Source of the DNA: Octopus bimaculoides
Lineage: Eukaryota
Direction of reading: 5' to 3'
Length of the DNA: 64,000 nucleotides
Assembly (NCBI RefSeq): GCF_001194135.2
Contig: NC_068983.1
Coordinates: 44,060,425-44,124,424 of the forward strand
This document shows positions 1-14,155 of this stretch, piece after piece. A program made the translations under genes and the position numbers. Below the pieces are notes generated by a model. It was given only the letters and a program-made list of their open reading frames with translations, made no database searches and was not told the DNA's origin. Each line of letters starts with the position of its first letter. Position 1 is the first letter of the stretch.

Positions 1-589
1 GATAAAATCTTTATAAGAATTAATCAAGTAGTTAGCGTGAAAAAACCTCATAAGGGAAAAATTTATTTATATTAAGGGCATTACTATACATAAATGCCTC
101 ACGCTAGGAGGGTCTCTTAAGTCAAACTACCATAATAAACACATTTTACCGAACGCGAAGGAATGCAATTCTCGAAGCGAGCCTCCTAAAATCAGACTTA
201 GCGTTACTGCATTTATTTTGAGATGCTCTATATGTTTCTTTCAATTACTTTAAATATAACAAAGAATTTAGTAAAATAACTGAGTTATCATTAAGCTAGT
301 GTTAGGAACATAAATTGTGACTAATGTTTGGTGGAAGATTTTAATTCAAAACTTATGAAAAATAAGACATTTGTATTCAGAGCCAGAGGTGGTTTCAGCC
401 AGGTTGGTAATGAAAGGGTTAAACCAGTCATATCCAGCCCAATGCTCAAACCAGCCAGGTCTGACCTCTCGTGTCTACTCTATAATGTCACTCTAAAAAT
501 ATGTAGCCATATCATCAAAATTTCAAAGCTGTGAGATAATGTGTGATTAATTCAAAACAATGTGAATAAATAAAAGATCACATAAAAAG

Positions 590-885
590 AACCGACCAAA
601 CATGGCCGATGCCAGTACCTCCTGACTGGCCTCTGTGGCAGTGGCACATAAAAAGCACTATCTGAACGTGATCAGTGCCAGGCCCGCCAGACTGGCTCCT
701 CTGCCGGTGGCATGTAAAATTCACCCACTACACTCTCAGAGTGGTTGGCGTTAGGAAGGGCATCCAACTGTAGAAACATCACCAGATCAGATTGGAGCCT
801 GGTGCAGCCGCTGGCTCTCCAGAACTCAGTCAAACTGTCCAACCCATGCCAGCATGGAAAGCAGACGTTAAACGATGGTGATGAT
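590..885 (+). mobile_element. 5'-truncated RTE 3'UTR module (representative; ~25 copies in the window, e.g. 2810-3062, 10920-11300, 14860-15440, 18010-18520, 20100-20470, 23860-24120, 30200-30680, 42185-42375, 43640-44145, 52900-53295, 59650-59900 on +; 19075-19215, 44350-44585, 55400-55600, 56900-57200, 62585-62945 on -)
   Basis: Recurrent near-identical sequence ending in gttaaa(c/t)gatgatgat, the same as the 3'UTR of the RTE copy at 8549-9582. Confidence 0.85.
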
Positions 886-1618
886 ACTCTTGGCAGAGTA
901 ATCTCAGTGCTAAAGGGTTAATGTAGTTCTCGGGGAAATTCAGTGTGACACAGTGTAACAAGGCTGGCCATTTGAAATTCAGGTACAACTCATTTTTGCC
1001 AGTCGAGTAGACTGGAGCAACGTGAAATAAAGTGTCTTGCTCAAGAACACAATGAGCCACTGGAAATTGAACTCCCGACCACTAAGCCACGTATCTTTGT
1101 ACAACTCATTTTATTTCAATCAACTGCATTATGGAGACAACCAGGAGACTTGTGGCCCCCACCACTTATAAGTACTTCTCAAAACTGGGTTTAAAATTGT
1201 TGAAGGCATTGAGTGAGTCTTTAAAGGTTGCATGGTTACTCCAGCAGGTTTAATTGCTCTTACGAGTGGCAATGCAGTAGATTTGGATCTCTTGAGCTGC
1301 TGCCATAGTTCGAGAAAATGAAGCCAAAGAAGAAACGATAAAGAAAACAGACAAAAAGGTTGGTGATTAAAAACCCATTTCCTCAAACATTTAAGAAAGA
1401 AAAGAAGCCAGTGTTAATGTACTTAATGTCACCTGGGGCATTCAGGTGGGCAAGATCCTTAACACCAAAGGGTTGACATTTTGAGGAGTCTTTATGGAGT
1501 AAACAAGTCTACAACTGTAATGACCTGATCCACCTGCTCTCTGGTAACAAACACCTCCTCCACTGTCGAGAAGCCATATATATATATATATATATATAAC
1601 CTTGGTTCTTTTCCCTAA

Positions 1619-1655
<37 letters not shown>

Positions 1656-4600
1656 TGAGGTGGAAAAATAGCACAAGTAAGTCTAAGACATTTCAGTTTA
1701 AGAAGGAATTTAATAAAAATGATTTTAAAAATTATATAGAGAAAATATTACCAGTTTCGATGAATCTCATCTTATCAAATATTAGTAAAAATGGTACTCT
1801 TACAGACCAATCCTCTCCATCAGGGGGAGTGGGTTTAGCACTTCTGCTATATATATTCTCTTTTGTTCTTTTATTTGTATTCGTCATTTTACTGTGGCTC
1901 TGCTGCAGCACTGCTTTTAGGTGAACAAATCGACCCCAGGACTCTTTCTTTGTAAGCTTAGTACCTATTCTATCAGTCTCTTTTGCCAAACTGCTAAGTT
2001 ATGGGGGACGTAAACGCACCAGCATCAGTTGTTAAGCGATGGTAAGTGGACAAACATAAACACACACACATATATATGATGAGCTTCTTTCAGTTTCTGT
2101 CTATCAAATCCACTCACAAGGTTTTGGTTGGCCTCAGGTTATAGTAGAAGGTACTTGCCCAAGATGCCATGTAGTGGGACTGAACCTGGAACCATGTGGT
2201 TGGTAAGCAAGCTACTTACCATACAGCGACTCCTGTGCCTGTCCAACCCATGCCAGCATGGAAAATGGACGTTAAACGATGATGATGATCATCATAATCA
2301 TCATTGTTTAATGTCCACCTTCTATGCTGGTCTGAGTGGCACAATTTGACAGGAGCCAGCCAGGTAGAAACCTGGTCCAGACTTCTGTGAGTGTTTTGGC
2401 AGGATTTTTACAGCTGGATGCTCTTCCTAACATCGACCACACACACACATCTGCTGAGCTCAGCAGATGTGTGTGTGTGTGTCTCTTCTTGTGTTTCCTC
2501 ATCTTGACATTGCATCGTTGTCGCTGGCATGGGTTCAATGGTTTGACAGGAGCCGTACCAGACTCCATTGTCTGTTTGGCATGGTAGTTGTAAATAAGTG
2601 TCACTGTCATTTCCAATATTCTCTCAGAACATGTTTGGCAATGGGGAAATATTACCTTGCTTGGAAACAGGTGAGGAGGGTAGACAGTAGGGAGGGCATC
2701 TGTTTGTAGAAAATATGCCTGGATAAACTTTCTCTGAATTTAATGAGGAGATTTTCTACAGTCAAGCAAGGTAATATTTCTCCTTGGCCAGACATGTTTT
2801 GCACAGAAGACTGGTAATGAACAACACCATTTTGAGCGTGGCCGTTGCCAGTACCGCCTGACTGGCCTTCGTGCTGGTGGCACGTAAAAGCACCCACTAC
2901 ACTCTCGGAGTGGTTGGTATTAGGAAGGGCATCCAGCTGTAGAAACTCTGCCAAATTAGATTGGAGCCTGGTGTAGCCATCTGGTTTCACCAGTCCTCAG
3001 TCAAATTGTCCAACCCATGCTAGCATGGAAAGCGGATGTTAAACGACGATGATGATGATGATGATTGCTTATGTGACATTGATGTTCATTTACAATCATC
3101 ATGTGATGTCAGGATAAGGGTATGTACACACACACACACTCACACTTACACTCACACATGAGCTTCTTTCAGTGTTTGTGTACCAAATCGATTTATAAAG
3201 CTTTGGTTGGCCTGGAGCCATGCCTCCAACTTTGATAATTGATTGTTTAGAATGAGGTCGAGTTCTCCTTTATAAGCATTTCTCACTGAAAATATGTAAT
3301 GTTGTCTCTTTTTCTTTTTCTCTCTCTTAACAAGGGTTTTCTTTTATGTTAAATTATAGAGGTTTCTTTTAAAATACACCCTTGATGTTTAACAGCAAAG
3401 GAGACCACCCCACCACTCAACTCAAACTTCTTGAAATCTTATTTATTATTCAGAGTTGTATATATTTCCTGTCTTGTCATATGTTAATTAACTTGATTTG
3501 TTCTACTTGATTAACTTTAGGATGGGATTAGCTCACCCATGGCAATATTTGTCTATTTATTTGCTGGGGTCATCATTAGTTTAGCTGTATTTGTGTTTCG
3601 CTGTTTGAACTGATAAACCCTACACGTTAAAAGTTCCGCTTCATTCATTAGCATTGCGTCTGTTCTTTGAACCTATTTGAATGGGAAGCAGTGTTTTATG
3701 TAGTTTCACACACTGTCTAGTTCATAATCATCATCATCATTCAACCAAACCTTTGTGAGTGGATTTGGTAGAAGCTTGTTTTGTGTGTGTGTGTGTGTGA
3801 GGGTTAGGGCTAGGTTGTTGTGATATAAATGAGCATCACCACCATACAAGAAATATTTATTTGTAGTTTTCTACAAGAAACATGTCTGACTATGGGAGAA
3901 GTGGATGATGATGATGATGGGTTAGATGCTAGTATGGGTTAGATGGTTTGGCAGGATCAAATGAGACTAAAGACTGCATTGTGCTCCAATGCCTACTTCA
4001 GCATGGTTTCTTCAGTTGAATGCCCTTAATGCAATGTCACTATTCAGCCTACAAGACTAAGGCCCTCTTTGACTGATCAGACCCATAGTAGAAAGGGTGG
4101 TATTTTTATGCTATGAGATTGAAGGGCAAAAGTGTGGGAGAAGGGTCAGAACAGAACAGACTTCTTGCTGTGGGGGAGTTACAAGGTTTCTCACATTATA
4201 GAAGGTGATAGTGGTCGAACTGGAATGAGATAGAAACTGTGGTAATGAGGTGTCAGGGTGGACCCTGCAAGTTATGAAGTGAGCAGAAGTGAGTGAGGGC
4301 AGGAAGACAGGAAATGTAGATGGATGCTGTGTGTACAATTATACATATATTACCTTAGCACCTCTGAGGGAATTTTCAGGGCTGGTTCTTATCTCTAATT
4401 TCACAATCTACAACGAGGATCAGAGAAAATTCTTTCTCTGGATAGGACACCAGTCTATTTTTATGTCAGCTTTCCAGATTATTTGATTGCCCCCTCTTTC
4501 AAACAGCTCTGTAAGACTACAAGCCAATGGGTTTGTTGTCTCACATTTGAAGCCACAGGCTATGAGCTTGTAGTCTAATAGCTTGTCCGTGGAGTCACTT

Positions 4601-7600
4601 CACTTCTACATGCGTGTGTGAAAGCGTGCTCATGAAAATGCAAGAGCCAGGTCATTTGAGGCCAAGAGAAGTAGGCAAAAGGTTTGTGGTTCAAATGCTG
4701 CCACCAACACTGAATTATCATCCTGGATGATGATGATATGACTTTAAACTATAACTGGAAGTTGGACCCTGGTTCAGAGTTGCCAGGTTTTGAGGAATAT
4801 GGAAACTCCTCTTAGCCATTATTGTTCCCAGGTGTGGTAGTACCTGTTAGGATCCCAGCTATGAGTTAATTAGCGTAGTAGGGCTTGTCTGCTTAGGCAT
4901 GTGAAGACTGGATCTGGTGGACTCTGGAAGAAACCTTCCCAGTTCAACAGAGGGGAATGCAGATGCAGCAATGCATTGTAGAGCACAGAGATCAAGATGA
5001 GGCAAGGAAGACCATCATCTCCATCCCCAGTCATCTTGACCTGGTCTTGTCGAGGAGAGAGTGAGTGTGATGGTGTACAAGTCTTCACTTTAAACAAAGT
5101 TACTGTGCTAGTCATGGTAACAAAAGGGTTCTATTTAATATGTTTGGTTGGTATTTTCATGCTGTTTTAATGGGGAAGAGCTTGTATTTAGAATAAATGA
5201 CTTGACCTGAAGTATGTTTGCAAGCTCTAATGACTATATCAGAATGAGAGATAAGATATACAAATACACACAGACAAGCCATTCAAATAAAGAGAGAGAA
5301 AGAGAGGTAAAAAAAAACACAAAACTAGAATCAATGGAATAATATTTTTTTGTTGATAAAGATATGGTACTTCTTTGTTACACAAAAGACTAATTTATTC
5401 ATTTACTGAAGTTATTTTCTCTTTGTATGATCATATATTACTGACACTCATCATTCTTGTTCCTTCCTAATATTCCCTAACTCTATCTCTTCCAACACTA
5501 AGTCATCATATAACTGTCTATCACTCTCTTTCTCTCTTTATTTTCATTAATCTCTTCTACCACCTTCAGTCTTATCACTCTGGTTCTATCTTATTCTTTC
5601 TAATTTACATCTCTTCTTCATTCACTTTCCCTAGCTCACACTCCCCAATCCTGTCCTCATACCCCTGCTCTTCTGTATCATTGCTATCCAGTAACCCCAC
5701 CAACTCTATATATATACCTAGGTCTTTCGCCGCTTACTCACACTCTTTAATTGCACTCCTTTCGTAATATCCTGGCACTTGCCACCATCTGTATCTCTCT
5801 CTCTTCCTTTACTCAACCATTTCATTTATACTCTGATCCCCATTCCTTGTGAGCATGCCCAGTATTTTGCCACCATCTCCATCCTGCAGTCTCCCAAACT
5901 GTCTCTGTCTCTGTCTGTCTGTCTCTCTCTCTCTCTGTCTCTGTCTCTGTCTCTATCTCTCTTGCACTTCCCTCACACTGTGCAACCGTGTATTTTCTTT
6001 GTGGTAGCACACCTGTTTCTGTCTTCATCCCTAATCTCCGGCTGGGTAACTTTGTACTTCCTCTTCAGCAAGACACCTGTATCTGTCACACTATAACCTT
6101 TTCATCATCACCTCCTCCAATGCCTCCTCCCCTCTTAAAAGTTTTTGTCTTGCAAGGTACTTGGTGACCCTGTCAGTGTAGGTGCCACTTAAAAGTACCC
6201 AGTCACACTGTAAAGTGGTTGGTGTTAGGAAGGGCATTCAGCTGTGCCAAAAACCTTGTCAAAACTGATCTTGTTTGTGCTTGTGCCATGTAGAAAGCAC
6301 TAATTCCACTCTGCTGGGTGGTTGGGTGTTAGGAAGGGCATCCAGCTGTAAAAATCCTGCCAAAACAGTCACAAAAAGCTCTTGTGAAACCATCCCACCC
6401 ATGCCAGCATGGAACATGGACGTTAAATGATGATGATGGTGATGATGATTATCACCCTCCCATTGCAGGTTCTCTTATTTCTCTCCTTTTTACTGCCTGC
6501 TGTCTTGCTCTTCTGTTCAATCACCTGGTTGTCTCTGTTTTACCCCTTTACCAACAGTCATTATGCGGCCATTCACCCTCCCTCCCTCTTTCTTCTATCA
6601 CTGCCTGTTTTCTCTCACTCCAGTAACATTGATCAATAATAAAAGATACCCATTTCTTCTGTCTATCATAGTTTAACCTCTCATCACCTGGCATGAAGCC
6701 ACTTCCTTTGATATTATTCCCCCTCTCAGTTGAGGAGTCTTTGTGTTGCAAGCTACTTGGTGACTTTGGTAAAAAGTACTCCTTACACTCTGTAAAGTGG
6801 TTGGCATTAGGAAGGGCATCCAACCATAGAAACCACGTCCAAAGCTTAGATTTTGGGGGCCAGCCAGATTTGACCTGTCTCAAGTGTAATAGGCCAACAC
6901 TGTAAGGATAATTTGACAACTTGACTGATGAGAGGAAGCTACGAATGACTTGTCCTTGTTTTTTCCTGTCTGTCTTTGTATCGTCTGTCAGGATGTTTGT
7001 TGCATTAGAATTTTGGATTTATATATACCACATTTGTTGATGCAAAGTTTTGATTTTGCTAACTTTAGAACTAGAAGATTGTATCATAGAACTAGAGATT
7101 GACTGGTGCAGGTTGGTATCAAAAGGGTTAATCAGATATTAGGGAATTTGGCTTTAGCTCAAATGATGCCCTGGACAATTTCCTCATTGGCATAAGTGAT
7201 AGTGGTCACAATGACAAGTCTTTAGAAATTCCTAATGCCAACCACCACTTTACTGTGTGTAATGGGTGCTTTTTATGTGGCACCCACACTTCTGTGTAAA
7301 TATATCTCAAGCCATGAAAAATATTACTTTGCTTGGAAACAGGTGAGGGTTGGCAATAGGAAAAGCATCCAACTAAAAAAAACCTGCTTCAACAACTTCC
7401 ATCCAGCCAATGTGGATGTGGAAAAGTGGACGTTAGAATGATGATGACACTAAGTTATTAAAAAGCAAAAAAGCGTGTATACATGATTGCAGGAAGTTAA
7501 ATAGTTTACGATGCTATCTGATATCAGTCTTGTGTTGCAGCAACTTTTGAGGCAATTAAGATAGAAATGCTTGCCATGTGCAAATATTTTTACATGTTCC

Positions 7601-7629
7601 CTGAAGTTGCTTTTGTAGTTTCGGTTAAA

Positions 7630-7663
<34 letters not shown>

Positions 7664-8010
7664 TCTCTCTGTCTGTGTGTTCCTGTCTGTCTGTGTATGT
7701 TTCTCTCTCATGTTTCAAATTCAAAGAAATAGAAGCCATTTTTACGGCATTATGGTGAGATCATGTGACACTAAAATCAAACATCTGCTAACAATTGTTA
7801 ATTTATTTACTGTTTCTGTACCCCACCTCACTCACCCTGCGCTCATGCAATGCAAGAAGACTATATGCAAAACCACAGACTCTGCTAGTATGGAGAAAGA
7901 TATATATATATGTGTGCAGTTTAATCTGACCCATGCTAGGATTGAAAAACAGATGCAAAATGAATGATACATTCACAGTGGTCATATATATAGGCAGACA
8001 CATGTATGTA

Positions 8011-8076
<66 letters not shown>

Positions 8077-11000
8077 NNNNNNNNNNNNNNNNNNNNNNNN
8101 NNNNNNNNNNNNNNNNNNNNNNNNNNNNNNNNNNNNNNNNNNNNNNNNNNNNNNNNNNNNNNNNNNNNNNNNNNNNNNNNNNNNNNNNNNNNNNNNNNNN
8201 NNNNNNNNNNNNNNNNNNNNNNNNNNNNNNNNNNNNNNNNNNNNNNNNNNNNNNNNNNNNNNNNNNNNNNNNNNNNNNNNNNNNNNNNNNNNNNNNNNNN
8301 NNNNNNNNNNNNNNNNNNNNNNNNNNNNNNNNNNNNNNNNNNNNNNNNNNNNNNNNNNNNNNNNNNNNNNNNNNNNNNNNNNNNNNNNNNNNNNNATAAG
8401 CTTGCCCATAAGTATTAGATTTGGATGTTTTGCTTTATGTGTGTATTCTCATGCATATACTTGCATATCTGAACATGCTCATATATATTTAAATTATAAA
8501 CTTCCAAAAAGTTTTACAGTTCCAGTGATGGATTAGATCTGTAGTCTTATCATCATCATCATCGTTTAACGTTCGCTTTCCATGCTGGCATGGGTTGGAC
8601 GGTTTGACTGGGGACTGGTGAGCCAGATAGCTGCACCAGGCTCCAATCTAATCTGGCAGAGTTTCTGCAGCTGGATGCCCTTCCTAACGCCAACCACTCC
8701 GAGAGTGTAGTGGGTGCTACCAGCACGAGGGCCAGTCTTGCAGTACCGGCAACGGCCACGCTCAAATGGTGTTTTTACGTGTCACCTGCACAGGAGCCAG
8801 TCCAGCGGCACTGGCAATGCCCTCGCTCGAATGTTGTTTTCCATGTTCTACCAGCACAAGTGCCAGTAAGGCGATGCTGGTAATGATCACGCTTGAATGG
8901 TGCTTTTTACATGCCACTGGCATGGGGGCCAGTCAGTGGTTCTGGCAACGCTCACGCTCGGATGGTGCTCTTAGCGCTCCACTAGCACGGATGCCAGTCA
9001 TGCGGTGCTATCATTGAATTTGATTTCGATTTCACTTGCCTCAACAGGTCTTCACAAGCAGAGTTTAGTGTCCAATGAAGGAAAGGTATGCCTAAGTGGG
9101 CTGGTTACACCACTGGCATAGACCACAGGTTATGGTCTCACTTGGCTTGCCGGGTCTTCTCAAGCACAACGTATTTCCAAAGGTCTCAATCACTAGTCAT
9201 TGCCTCGGTGAGGCCTAATGTTCGAAGGTCGTGCTTCACCAAATCATCCCAGGTCTACCTCTTTCACAGTTTCCCTTAACCGCTAGGGTGTGACACTTTT
9301 TCACACAGTTATCCTCATCCATTCATACCACATGACCATATGAGCGCAGTCGTCTCTCTTGCACACCACATCTGATGCTTCTTAGGTCCAACTTTTCTCT
9401 CAAGGCACTTATACTCTGTCGAGTATGCACACTGACATTACACATCCAGCAGAGCATACTGGCTTCATTCCTTGCAAGCTTATGCATGTCCTCAGCAGTC
9501 ACGGCCCATGTTTCACTGCCATGTAGCATGTCTGTTCATACACATGCGTCATACAGTCTGCCTTTTACTCTGAGCAAGAGGCNNNNNNNNNNNNNNNNNN
9601 NNNNNNNNNNNNNNNNNNNNNNNNNNNNNNNNNNNNNNNNNNNNNNNNNNNNNNNNNNNNNNNNNNNNNNNNNNNNNNNNNNNNNNNNNNNNNNNNNNNN
9701 NNNNNNNNNNNNNNNNNNNNNNNNNNNNNNNNNNNNNNNNNNNNNNNNNNNNNNNNNNNNNNNNNNNNNNNNNNNNNNNNNNNNNNNNNNNNNNNNNNNN
9801 NNNNNNNNNNNNNNNNNNNNNNNNNNNNNNNNNNNNNNNNNNNNNNNNNNNNNNNNNNNNNNNNNNNNNNNNNNNNNNNNNNNNNNNNNNNNNNNNNNNN
9901 NNNNNNNNNNNNNNNNNNNNNNNNNNNNNNNNNNNNNNNNNNNNNNNNNNNNNNNNNNNNNNNNNNNNNNNNNNNNNNNNNNNNNNNNNNNNNNNNNNNN
10001 NNNNNNNNNNNNNNNNNNNNNNNNNNNNNNNNNNNNNNNNNNNNNNNNNNNNNNNNNNNNNNNNNNNNNNNNNNNNNNNNNNNNNNNNNNNNNNNNNNNN
10101 NNNNNNNNNNNNNNNNNNNNNNNNNNNNNNNNNNNNNNNNNNNNNNNNNNNNNNNNNNNNNNNNNNNNNNNNNNNNNNNNNNNNNNNNNNNNNNNNNNNN
10201 NNNNNNNNNNNNNNNNNNNNNNNNNNNNNNNNNNNNNNNNNNNNNNNNNNNNNNNNNNNNNNNNNNNNNNNNNNNNNNNNNNNNNNNNNNNNNNNNNNNN
10301 NNNNNNNNNNNNNNNNNNNNNNNNNNNNNNNNNNNNNNNNNNNNNNNNNNNNNNNNNNNNNNNNNNNNNNNNNNNNNNNNNNNNNNNNNNNNNNNNNNNN
10401 NNNNNNNNNNNNNNNNNNNNNNNNNNNNNNNNNNNNNNNNNNNNNNNNNNNNNATATGTATTGGTTATTACTTGTTTCAACAAACGTGTGTATACTTAAA
10501 TTTTTTGTTGTGGGAGGGCTTTACCTGTGTCATTGAGTGTATTTAACCATCTTGTAAAACACCTGTCTATGTTACTGTTTGATGTTTACCTTTGCTCTGT
10601 CTTCTTTTGCAAGTAAACTGTTTGCATTAAAGATTTGACTGCTACTTTCGCTGTTCGAGCAACCACAAAGAGGTCCCCTACATTAACTTAAACAACATAA
10701 AGTTTTTATGACCGGAAGTTGGCTTCCCTCAGTCTGTTGGCCAATCTGGCATATTTTTCTGTCTTTGAACACGTGTGCTTCTATTCTATTTTCAAACAGC
10801 ATGGTGAGTTCGATCAAAATCTGTTGCTTTAATGAACTGGAATGGTGTACACTATTCGGCCTCAAACCACCCTTCCTGATGATTTCTGGTGGGTTGGTTA
10901 TATTTTCAGTGAAATAAATTCACTGATAGTTCCTTTCGAGTGTTGGGCCTCATAGACGCAATGACTGAAACCTTTGGCAATTTGTTGTGCTTGAGAAGAA

Positions 11001-13563
11001 GATCCATGAAGCTGAGCAGAATCGCAGTCATGGCAGATACTGGTGTCATGCAAATTGGCACCCGTGCTAGTGGCACATAAATGCACCCCTGTGTCACACA
11101 AATGGCACCCTTGCTGGTGGCAAGTAAAAGCACCCATTACACTCTTGGAGTGGTTGGCATTAGGAAGGGCATCCAGCCATAGAAAACCGTGCCAAATCAG
11201 ACTGGAGTCTGGTGCAGCCTTCCAATGTGCCAGCCCTGGTCAAACCGTCCAACCCATGCCAGCATGGATAACGGTCGTTAAATGATGATGATGATGATGA
11301 CTTGCCTAGTGTCATGCAGTGGGTTTGAACTTGAAATCACATGGTTGAGAAGTAAACCTTTTTAACCACACAGCCATGCTTGAAATAATCAGATAAAATC
11401 ATTAAATTCCTCACATGAAAGCATATCATTNNNNNNNNNNNNNNNNNNNNNNNNNNNNNNNNNNNNNNNNNNNNNNNNNNNNNNNNNNNNNNNNNNNNNN
11501 NNNNNNNNNNNNNNNNNNNNNNNNNNNNNNNNNNNNNNNNNNNNNNNNNNNNNNNNNNNNNNNNNNNNNNNNNNNNNNNNNNNNNNNNNNNNNNNNNNNN
11601 NNNNNNNNNNNNNNNNNNNNNNNNNNNNNNNNNNNNNNNNNNNNNNNNNNNNNNNNNNNNNNNNNNNNNNNNNNNNNNNNNNNNNNNNNNNNNNNNNNNN
11701 NNNNNNNNNNNNNNNNNNNNNNNNNNNNNNNNNNNNNNNNNNNNNNNNNNNNNNNNNNNNNNNNNNNNNNNNNNNNNNNNNNNNNNNNNNNNNNNNNNNN
11801 NNNNNNNNNNNNNNNNNNNNNNNNNNNNNNNNNNNNNNNNNNNNNNNNNNNNNNNNNNNNNNNNNNNNNNNNNNNNNNNNNNNNNNNNNNNNNNNNNNNN
11901 NNNNNNNNNNNNNNNNNNNNNNNNNNNNNNNNNNNNNNNNNNNNNNNNNNNNNNNNNNNNNNNNNNNNNNNNNNNNNNNNNNNNNNNNNNNNNGAAGGCC
12001 CACAGTATTGCAGTAATGTGGTGTAAGGTTAAACTGGAATTTGCTCACACACCAGACTTTCTGTCTGTGTGTCATGTCCCTGATAAAGGTTGGGGGAAAT
12101 ACTTACGGTGGGGAGGTGGGTAGATGACATTGCATGACAGGTGTCACCATGATATGAGAGAGAGAGATCTGCTCTTGTTGTAAACCCCTTCACTACCTGG
12201 GGTTCTATAGTGTTAGATCACATTTCTCACTACCTGCTGCTGCTGCTACCATCACCACCACCATCACCACCGTTTTCATTATTTTTTACCTGAAAAATGA
12301 CCCCCTCTCTCCTCAGTTTGTCATCAATGCCAACTATTTGTCTGGTTGTTCAAAATTGAGAAATAACAGCTAAATTTCCCTCATTATATACAAGTTTCTT
12401 AGAATATACAGGTCTTATTAGACAGTGTAGTTCTTTCTCTCTCTCCCCCCCTCCCCCATATATATATGTATATATAGGCACAGGAGTGGCTGTGTGGTAA
12501 GTAGCTTGCTTACCAACCTCATGATTCCTGGTTCAGTCCCACTGCGTGGCACCTTGGGCAAGTGTCTTCTACTATAGACTCTGGCTGACTAAAGCCTTGC
12601 GAGTGGATTTGGTAGACAGAAACTGAAAGAAGCCCATTGTATGTATATACATATATGTGTTTGTGTCTGTTTGTCCCCCCACCATTGCTTGACATCCGAT
12701 GTTGATATGTTTCTGTCCCCATAACTTAGTGGTTCGGCAGAAGCGACTGATAGAATAAGTACTAGGCTTACAAAGAATAAGTTCTGGGGTCGATTTGCTT
12801 GACTAAAGGCGGTGCTCCAGCATGGCTGCAGTCAAATATATGTATGTGTGTATATATATATATATATATNNNNNNNNNNNNNNNNNNNNNNNNNNNNNNN
12901 NNNNNNNNNNNNNNNNNNNNNNNNNNNNNNNNNNNNNNNNNNNNNNNNNNNNNNNNNNNNNNNNNNNNNNNNNNNNNNNNNNNNNNNNNNNNNNNNNNNN
13001 NNNNNNNNNNNNNNNNNNNNNNNNNNNNNNNNNNNNNNNNNNNNNNNNNNNNNNNNNNNNNNNNNNNNNNNNNNNNNNNNNNNNNNNNNNNNNNNNNNNN
13101 NNNNNNNNNNNNNNNNNNNNNNNNNNNNNNNNNNNNNNNNNNNNNNNNNNNNNNNNNNNNNNNNNNNNNNNNNNNNNNNNNNNNNNNNNNNNNNNNNNNN
13201 NNNNNNNNNNNNNNNNNNNNNNNNNNNNNNNNNNNNNNNNNNNNNNNNNNNNNNNNNNNNNNNNNNNNNNNNNNNNNNNNNNNNNNNNNNNNNNNNNNNN
13301 NNNNNNNNNNNNNNNNNNNNNNNNNNNNNNNNNNNNNNNNNNNNNNNNNNNNNNNNNNNNNNNNNNNNNNNNNNNNNNNNNNNNNNNNNNNNNNNNNNNN
13401 NNNNNNNNNNNNNNNNNNNNNNNNNNNNNNNNNNNNNNNNNNNNNNNNNNNNNNNNNNNNNNNNNNNNNNNNNNNNNNNNNNNNNNNNNNNNNNNNNNNN
13501 NNNNNNNNNNNNNNNNNNNNNNNNNNNNNNNNNNNNNNNNNNNNNNNNNNNNNNNNNNNNNNN
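8077..13563. other. Assembly gaps: 8077-8395, 9583-10453, 11431-11993, 12870-13563 (also 29740-29913 and 44023-44032)
   Basis: Runs of N, several abutting (TA)n or RTE sequence. The long X-rich ORFs are artefacts of these gaps. Confidence 1.
8549..9582 (-). mobile_element. RTE-clade LINE 3' end (ORF2 C-terminus + 3'UTR + (GAT)n tail), runs into an assembly gap
   Basis: Translates as RVKGRLYDACV...MLHGSETWAVTAEDMHKLARNEASML...ERRLRSYGHVV, typical of the RTE RT C-terminus. It is contiguous with the 'ttaggaagggcatccagct...ccaacccatgccagcatggaaagc...gttaaacgatgatg' module found throughout the window. Confidence 0.88.
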
Positions 13564-13956
13564 AGGTGAGAGTTGGCTGCAGGAAGGGTGTTTGGCCTTA
13601 GAAAATCTGCCGACAATGTCCTGCAATGTGCAAGCACCTTTCCCTTACAATGGTGGAAGATCTCCTTATAGCTATTTCTGAGTGAGATGAGTTCTCCAAG
13701 ATATGTTTAATCCTTTCGTTACCATATTTCTGTTGAGAGGCTCTGTGTTTCTATCAATTAATTTTAAATTTTACAAAGAATTTAGTAAGATAACATATCA
13801 TTAACCTAGTGTTAGGAACATAAATTATGACTAAGGTTTGGTGGAAGATTTTAATTTAGAACTTTTGAAAGCAAGACATTTGTACTACAGAGCCAGAGGT
13901 ATTTTCAGGTGGGGTGGTTATCAAAAGGGTTAAGAATTGTTTATTATATATTTTAA

Positions 13957-14155
13957 CCCTTTTGTTACCATATTTCTGTTGAGATGCTCTGTGTTTCTTT
14001 CAATTAATTTTAAATATAACAAAGAATTTAGTAAAATCACTTAGTTATCATTAAGCTTGTATTACGAACATAAATTATGACTAAGGTTTGGTGGAAGGTT
14101 TTAATTCAGAAAACAAAAGCTAGAGGCGGTTTCAGGTGGGCCGGTAACGAAAGGG
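13957..14155. mobile_element. piggyBac-like MITE family 1 (other copies 13711-13929, 20728-20950, ~200-418, ~27500-27896, ~46000-46160)
   Basis: TTAA on both sides; TIR cccttt(t/c)gttacc...ggtaacgaaaggg; shared AT-rich body. Confidence 0.8.

Noticed and set aside
1129-1386. Minus-strand ORF (QLKRSKSTALP...QVSWLSP) behind a strong pyrimidine tract, superficially like the MPRIP C-terminus
   Set aside because: The real terminal exon with DIRRSKSSP is at 52653-52780, and this frame needs phase 0 whereas the gene's last junction is phase 1. It could still be an exon of a gene extending left of the window; unsupported.
4897-5060. Open + strand block with a GTGAGT donor (ACEDWIWWTLEETFP...)
   Set aside because: The acceptor is weak, I recognise no homology, there is no partner exon, and it is adjacent to SINE-like sequence.
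5440-6120. Strongly pyrimidine-rich tract yielding hydrophobic ORFs (5779-6096)
   Set aside because: CT/TCTG low-complexity and repeat-derived sequence; the translations are compositional artefacts.
7933-13681. Long ORFs (160-374 aa) in the ORF track, also at 29589-30240
   Set aside because: They are composed of X from N-gaps and microsatellite translations.
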